In this document: positions 58,901-64,000 of the stretch, in pieces
Position numbering within the stretch: the first letter of the stretch is position 1
How the letters are laid out: every line of letters begins with the position of its first letter
Assembly: GCA_037447605.1 (NCBI GenBank)
Contig: CM074822.1
Location: 395,492-459,491 of the forward strand
Reading direction: 5' to 3'
Length of the DNA: 64,000 nt
DNA from: Zygnema circumcarinatum SAG 698-1b
Taxonomy: Eukaryota > Plantae > Zygnematophyceae
Translations under genes and position numbers: made by a program
Notes under the pieces: generated by a model
The model's database searches: none
What the model was told of the DNA's origin: nothing
What the model saw: only the letters and a program-made list of their open reading frames with translations

Positions 58901-59165
58901 TCCCCCCTCCCTCCTCCTTCCTCTCTCCCCCNNNNNNNNNNCTCCCACCTCCTGTAGGCTCATGCTTTATACCGTGTCTGTTGGCAGGGCATCAAAGATA
59001 GCGGAGATTCTGTTAGGCGGAGATGTGAAAGGTTGCGTGAAGGTGAAGCCCTCTGATTTGCCCAAACGAGATCGAGACTTTTGTCAACGAGTGGTATTGA
59101 ATCACGCAGCGCAGCTTTTCATCATATATCAAAATGTAGAGGATCCCCATTTTCCACACGGCTGA
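55957..59165 (+). CDS. Plant-type protein of unknown function: N-terminal C2HC (UBZ-like) finger, coiled coil, long disordered acidic region, conserved C-terminal domain; two exons
   Basis: Exon 55957-58634 (donor GTGAGT) joins exon 58988-59165. The C-terminus WNFQADLQTALANSDVLCMRALAALYRKQ...NGRGFTAAEAYR|ASKIAEILLGGD...FCQRVVLNHAAQLFIIYQNVEDPHF resembles the recalled land-plant motif LCMKAVCALYRQQ...RGF...QLF.IY...DPFF. Confidence 0.82.
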
Positions 59166-59657
59166 GAAAGCAATGGTGACATCCAATGGCCATTGTACAA
59201 CGGTTGAGAATAGTTACTGTGTGATGATGACTAATGAGTAGTGGAGAACTTGTCTTAGTTGGGGTGGGCGGCTGTTGGCTGAAGTAGAAGAAGATTGGCT
59301 GTACAGGAGCTGTCTTAAGCCTTTAAATAAAAGACTAGTTTTGTATAGGGCGTCTCACTCTGACATTAGGTCAGAGTCTCAATTTGTACAGGACTTGACG
59401 ATAGCTGCTGCTGGCTTGCATGGCAGTTCGACTAAGTCTAGAGGTTCATCAACTTTCAATGTACTCTACTCAAGAATGTTAGCCAGGTTCTTCCTATACT
59501 AAACTGTATGTTTGGATTATTTGTTATGTTTTGTTTATGTTTGTTTAGATGTTTGTTTGTATGTTTGTTTGTTTGGATGTCTGTATGTTTGGTTAAGCAG
59601 TAACCAATTGCACGTACACATTGAAAAGTGGGACTTTCCGTGAGGCTGTCACAGCAT

Positions 59658-59745
59658 CCATAAAGTCACACCACCAATAAAGTCACAACAACCATAAAGT
59701 CACAATACCCATAATGTCAGACCAACCATAAAGTCACATCCTACA
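59658..59745 (+). repeat. ~17-bp tandem repeat (CCATAAAGTCACA...) x5
   Basis: ATAAAGTCAC (one copy ATAATGTCAG) recurs five times between 59658 and 59745. Confidence 0.8.
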
Positions 59746-60239
59746 TAAAATTTTAATTTTCTTTATTAATTCCGCTAAAGTTAAGAACCCCCGAAAATCC
59801 CTCGAATGGACTTTCCGTGACGCTGCTGACAAAGTTACATCATGAATTAAGTTGACCTTTTTGTTTCTAAAACCTCGATAAAGTCAACCCTAACAAATAA
59901 TCACTAGCAGAGCAAAAGTGGGAGTCGTCGTCAGCAAGCTTTTGTCCAATATCGTATCATATCGTCTAGTATCCATATCCTCATTATCGGTCGCTTAGAA
60001 ATATCGAAATCCCATCCGTATCGGTTTCCTTGTGCACCGCACTCTTCCCCGTTAACAGTTACTCATGAAAAACCATAAACGCTAAACTGGATGACATAAA
60101 GTCAATCAATGGTTACATGCCACGTGGCAAAAGGTACACGTTGCGGTTACCATTGGTTGGATGCTTGAAGTTACCGTTGGCGATGGAGATGAGAACCAAC
60201 GCCTTCCTTGATCCTGCCATCCCTCTCTCCCATGCGGCC

Positions 60240-61975
60240 ATGGCGCCCATGGCCATGGCGGGCAGCCGCAGCGTGGAGCTCCACGAGTATGGCTGCCACG
60301 GGGAAGGCGAGTGTATTGCCACGTGGCGCTCTGAATGGAAATCTAGAGATGCCTCTTCCTCTCTCACGCTGGAGCCTGCATGGTAAGCTCATCCCGCCAT
60401 GGCCTCATGGCTCCAGAGATTCATGGCTCCATGGCTCCATGGCTCCATGGATGCATGAATCCACGGCACCATGTCTTCAAGGGCTTCATGGCTCTCCCTG
60501 CCTCCTTCAAGTCCACTCTCGAATTGCTATGCCTGCATTGCTGCATGCTTAATCCAGAAATAAAAAATATGAGGTCTGCGACAAACTGCAANNNNNNNNN
60601 NNNNNNNNNNNNNNNNNNNNNNNNNNNNNNNNNNNNNNNNNNNNNNNNNNNNNNNNNNNNNNNNNNNNNNNNNNNNNNNNNNNNNNNNNNNTCTCTTCCT
60701 CTCTCTCTCTCTCTCTTCCTCTCTCTCTCTCTCTCTCGTTGCAGGAGGGAAGCCAGGAGACAGCTGCGACCATGGCCGGAATGCTGCTAGGTATCATGGT
60801 TGCTCGAATGACAGCAGGCCACGTGGCAGCCTTGTGGATCATCTTCCTCTTGCTCACTCTCTTCCACGTCTATGGTGAGAAACGTCAAGAGGCAAAAGAA
60901 TAATTTTGAAGCAAAAATACATTGTCTTTTTGTGACGATGAACTCGCAATTCAAACGTGCTTGCGGAAGCCTTGTTTAGATGCACATTTTTTTTTTTATT
61001 CTCCTTTTTATGGGCATGTGCTTTCTATTTTCTACGATGTCCTTAAATGCAGCAAATTATCGGGCCGTACGGAGCCTCTGCCTGACTAGCCTGAACCCCG
61101 AACGCATTCAAATACTTTTTCGCCATTTTATGTCTCATGAAAAGGGTAAGCCATAGCTACCTAGACCTAGACCTACACCTAGACCTACACCTACACCTAG
61201 ACCTATACCTAGACCTTCACCTAGACCTAGTCCTAGGCTTAACCATCGTATATTTGTAGCCAGAAAAAGGCCTATTCAAGTCTATTTAAGACGCTAGGCA
61301 CAAAGTTGGGCAACATGGTTTCATGATATGATTGTTCGTTGTAGGAGATTGTTCATTGGCTCAAAGTTGACAGGACATGTTTGTTGGGCACTTTGCAGCT
61401 CTCACTCCCATGGAGGTTTCAAAACGGGAATCAGTTCTACCTCTTCCAAAGTTTCTGACTCGATCTTCGCAGCAAAACTGCATAGTTTTTGGAGCATGTT
61501 TCTCACGAATTGCGGCTTCACAAAGCGGGTGAGGGTCCTGTAAGGTTTTAGGGTTTTGTGGGTTTTGTAGGGTTTTAGGGTTTTAGGGTTTATAAGGCTT
61601 TCTTTACAGAAGGGGAATTTCCAGAGAAGAGAATTTCCAGTAAGGCGAGGACTCATCTTTGATATTCTAAAGTGGGGTGGCTGTCTAATATTTTTGTAGA
61701 TCGAACAAGTTTTTGAACAATTGAAATCTTGCATCTTGAAAGCTCAAACATGTGGTTTGCTGTGAGTGGGTTGCAGCTCTGAAAAGGTGAAGCGTGCACT
61801 GCAGCGTTATAGCCAAGGTGAAGCTGCTTCCCGCCATCCCAGCAAATAGAACAGAGAGAGAAAGAGAGAGAGAGAGAGAGAAAGGGAGAGACTCACAAAA
61901 AGCTTACTCCAAAACAAAACACAATACTAAAAGAGTTTGCGAAACAGTTACAACAGAGAGAGAGTGTGTGTGTGC

Positions 61976-62019
<44 letters not shown>

Positions 62020-63161
62020 CACAAAGATATAGACAATTTGAACGTCGCCTTGACCCGCGTTTCCATGATGTCGACATTTTACAATGACTTTTGCCGCAGG
62101 ACGGTACCTACTTTTATTGGATAGCGGAAGTGTCCACGTGGCACTCCACAGACACGCCACGTCAGCGCAGCAGCTGGAGGCCTATGTCCACGCTGTCCAG
62201 CTGGCAGATGCGGCGTCTCTGATTGGTCGTTCCCAACAGGAGTCGGGAGAAGATGCTGCTGAGCTGGCAGCTCTCGATTGGCAGAGGAAAACTTACTCTC
62301 GCTTTCTTTCTGAGGTAGAAATTGGCTTTGTCCCACCTGAGCTGGCTGAGGGCAAACTGTTCCAAAAGGACAATTTTGAAAAAAAGAAAAGAGAAATTAT
62401 TTGATAAAATTGCAGATTAATCGTCATCAATATTGCAGAAGCTGAACGGAACGGAACAGAGACAACGGAAAATTGAAAATGAAACGGAAAAATATTTTCT
62501 AGTAGTAGTGTTTTTTATGCCTGAAATGGTCGGTATAAACCACATTCACAATGTTGAGCCTTTCTTACAAGCTTGCTTAGGCCTGCATGCCAACCCGCAA
62601 CTCTCTGCTTCCATGTTTACCCCGCCGATGTCAGTTCAGCACTTCGGGCCAATGGGGAGTGGAACACAGATCTTGTCACCAAACCTTCCTTCTTCTTCTT
62701 CTCCTTCTCCTTCTCCTTCTCCTTCTCCTTCTCCTTCTCCTTCTTCGCCTTCATCGTTTCCTCCTCGTCCTCCTCGTTCTCGTTCTCGTTCTCTTTCATC
62801 TTTCCCTCCTCGTCCTTCCCTCGTCTCCTCCCCTCCTCCTCCTCCTCCCCTCCTCCTCCTTCCCCACCCCCCTTTTTCCTCTCCTCCTTCACCTTCCCCT
62901 CGTCCTCGTCCCCCCCCCCCCCNNNNNNNNNNTCCCCTCCTCCTCCCCCCCCCCTCTCCCCCCTCCTCCTCCTCCTCCTTCACCTTCCCCTCTTCCTCCT
63001 CTTCCCCCCCTCCCTCCCCGCCCTTCTCCTCCTCCTCCTCCTCCTCCTTGTTACAGTTGCTGCAGGCAGGATGGGCCACAGATCGCGTGCTGCTTTCGCC
63101 CGGCGAATGGCGCTCTGACTGGTCGTGGGATGATGCTGCGGGAAAGGAGGCAGACGAGTAG
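60240..63161 (+). CDS. RUS3: ROOT UVB SENSITIVE family (DUF647), RUS3-like, spliced; middle N-terminal exons missing in the 100-N gap
   Basis: Exons: first exon ending 60384; 60745-60874 (EGSQETAATMAGMLLG...WIIFLLLTLFHVY); ~61036-61145 (ANYRAVRSLCLTSLNPER); ~61399-61528 (LTPMEVSKRESVLP); ~61777-61817; ~62100-62311 (RYLLL...VALHRHATSAQQLEAYVHA); last exon (LQAGWATDRVLLSPGEWRSDW). The start ATG is uncertain (60183, 60240, 60249 or 60255). Confidence 0.88.
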
Positions 63162-64000
63162 AGCACACTACTTTCTGCATGTTGCGTGTTGAGCGAGAGA
63201 AAGAGAGAGAGAGTGAGGGCAGTTTGTGAATAAGGGCGAGTCGTGCAGCCGCCAATTCCGTTAAATAAAGCAATGAACAGCAAGTGTTTTGTATCCGTAG
63301 GGCATACGTGTCATATTGTTCTGTTGAAAGAAAACGGAAAGTCTTTGTTGCAGATGCCAGAATTATCGCCCGGCTTCTCTTTGTGTTCGTTTGCTACTGT
63401 CCCTAAGGGTCGTAATCCGTGAGGGGTAACTACGTCGCGCTGAACAAATGGCCGCTTTCCGGTAACCGTATTTTTGCCTCGCTTGCACTTTTTACATGTG
63501 TTTCAAGTTATGCGTAGCATTAGAAACGTTTGGAGTAAGTTGGTCGGTCGGCGTCGCATTGCTTTACTTTGTGCTGGCTCGTTCTTGCAACGAAAGCAGC
63601 AATAGAAGTCAAACCATATCGATAAAAAAAAAGAACTGCACATTATCGAATTAATTACCACCCAATTTTTGGATGTTTTCTTCGACTCATTACACCAGGC
63701 AACACCGCTCTCGGCTTCCTTATTGCATTTACTAAATGCTATGGAGCCTTCCTTCTCCCCTTTTTACCTTGTCTCCTTTACTACTCTCAAACACCTCTCC
63801 CTGACTATCGTCTCCCCACCCCATTCACACACAGGGAGAGTCCTGCGTAAATATCACCTAAAAGTCCCTAAAACCCTAAAAGCTCCCAAAGTCCTAAAAA
63901 CCCCACAAAGCCCCCAAGCCCACCCTAAACCTGTGTTTCCATATTAGTTAACATCAGCCAAAATTGATACCAAGGTCAAAACCACCCCCCATGCCCGACC

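Noticed and set aside
59629-59638. GGGACTTTCC, an NF-kB consensus site
   Set aside because: No NF-kB in plants or green algae; a chance match within a short local direct repeat.
63600-64000. Possible terminal exons of a further minus-strand gene at the window end
   Set aside because: No recognisable motif or unambiguous splice chain within the window.

Overview
Eukaryotic nuclear DNA from a streptophyte, inferred to be probably a charophyte alga. Evidence: plant-specific genes, short GT-AG introns packed with simple repeats, and plant-type TTTAGGG repeats. It is a draft scaffold with six 10-N gaps and one 100-N gap. Spliced genes I could reconstruct exon by exon: plastid chorismate synthase (-, 3' end runs off the window), head-to-head with LPA3/DUF1995 (+); ER glucosidase I GCS1/MOGS (+); an organellar HflX GTPase (-); a Patched-related RND/sterol-sensing protein lacking the NPC1 N-terminal domain (-); a plant-specific protein with an N-terminal C2HC (UBZ-like) finger (+); and a RUS3-like DUF647 gene (+) whose N-terminal exons fall in the 100-N gap. 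There are also two intronless low-complexity orphan ORFs and one unknown two-exon gene. Non-coding highlights: (1) a ~52-bp dyad promoter module, CCAAT-N10-CACGTG-N10/11-CACGTG-N10-ATTGG, tripled in the 400-bp bidirectional promoter and recurring upstream of several other genes; (2) a ~2.95-kb degenerate telomeric array filling one HflX intron, with a GC-AG intron next to it; (3) a 42-bp minisatellite that multiplies the branch point plus 3' splice site of a GCS1 exon; (4) an 890-bp palindrome-rich non-autonomous transposon with CACAG termini and an exact 8-bp TSD; (5) a 568-bp Mutator-like foldback element; (6) a perfect 33-bp-stem intronic hairpin; (7) a 31.5-bp-phased motif array. The 2-kb tandem duplication at 43-47 kb is probably an assembly artefact. 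No rRNA, tRNA or CRISPR array could be supported. Gene names come from recalled family motifs, not database searches.
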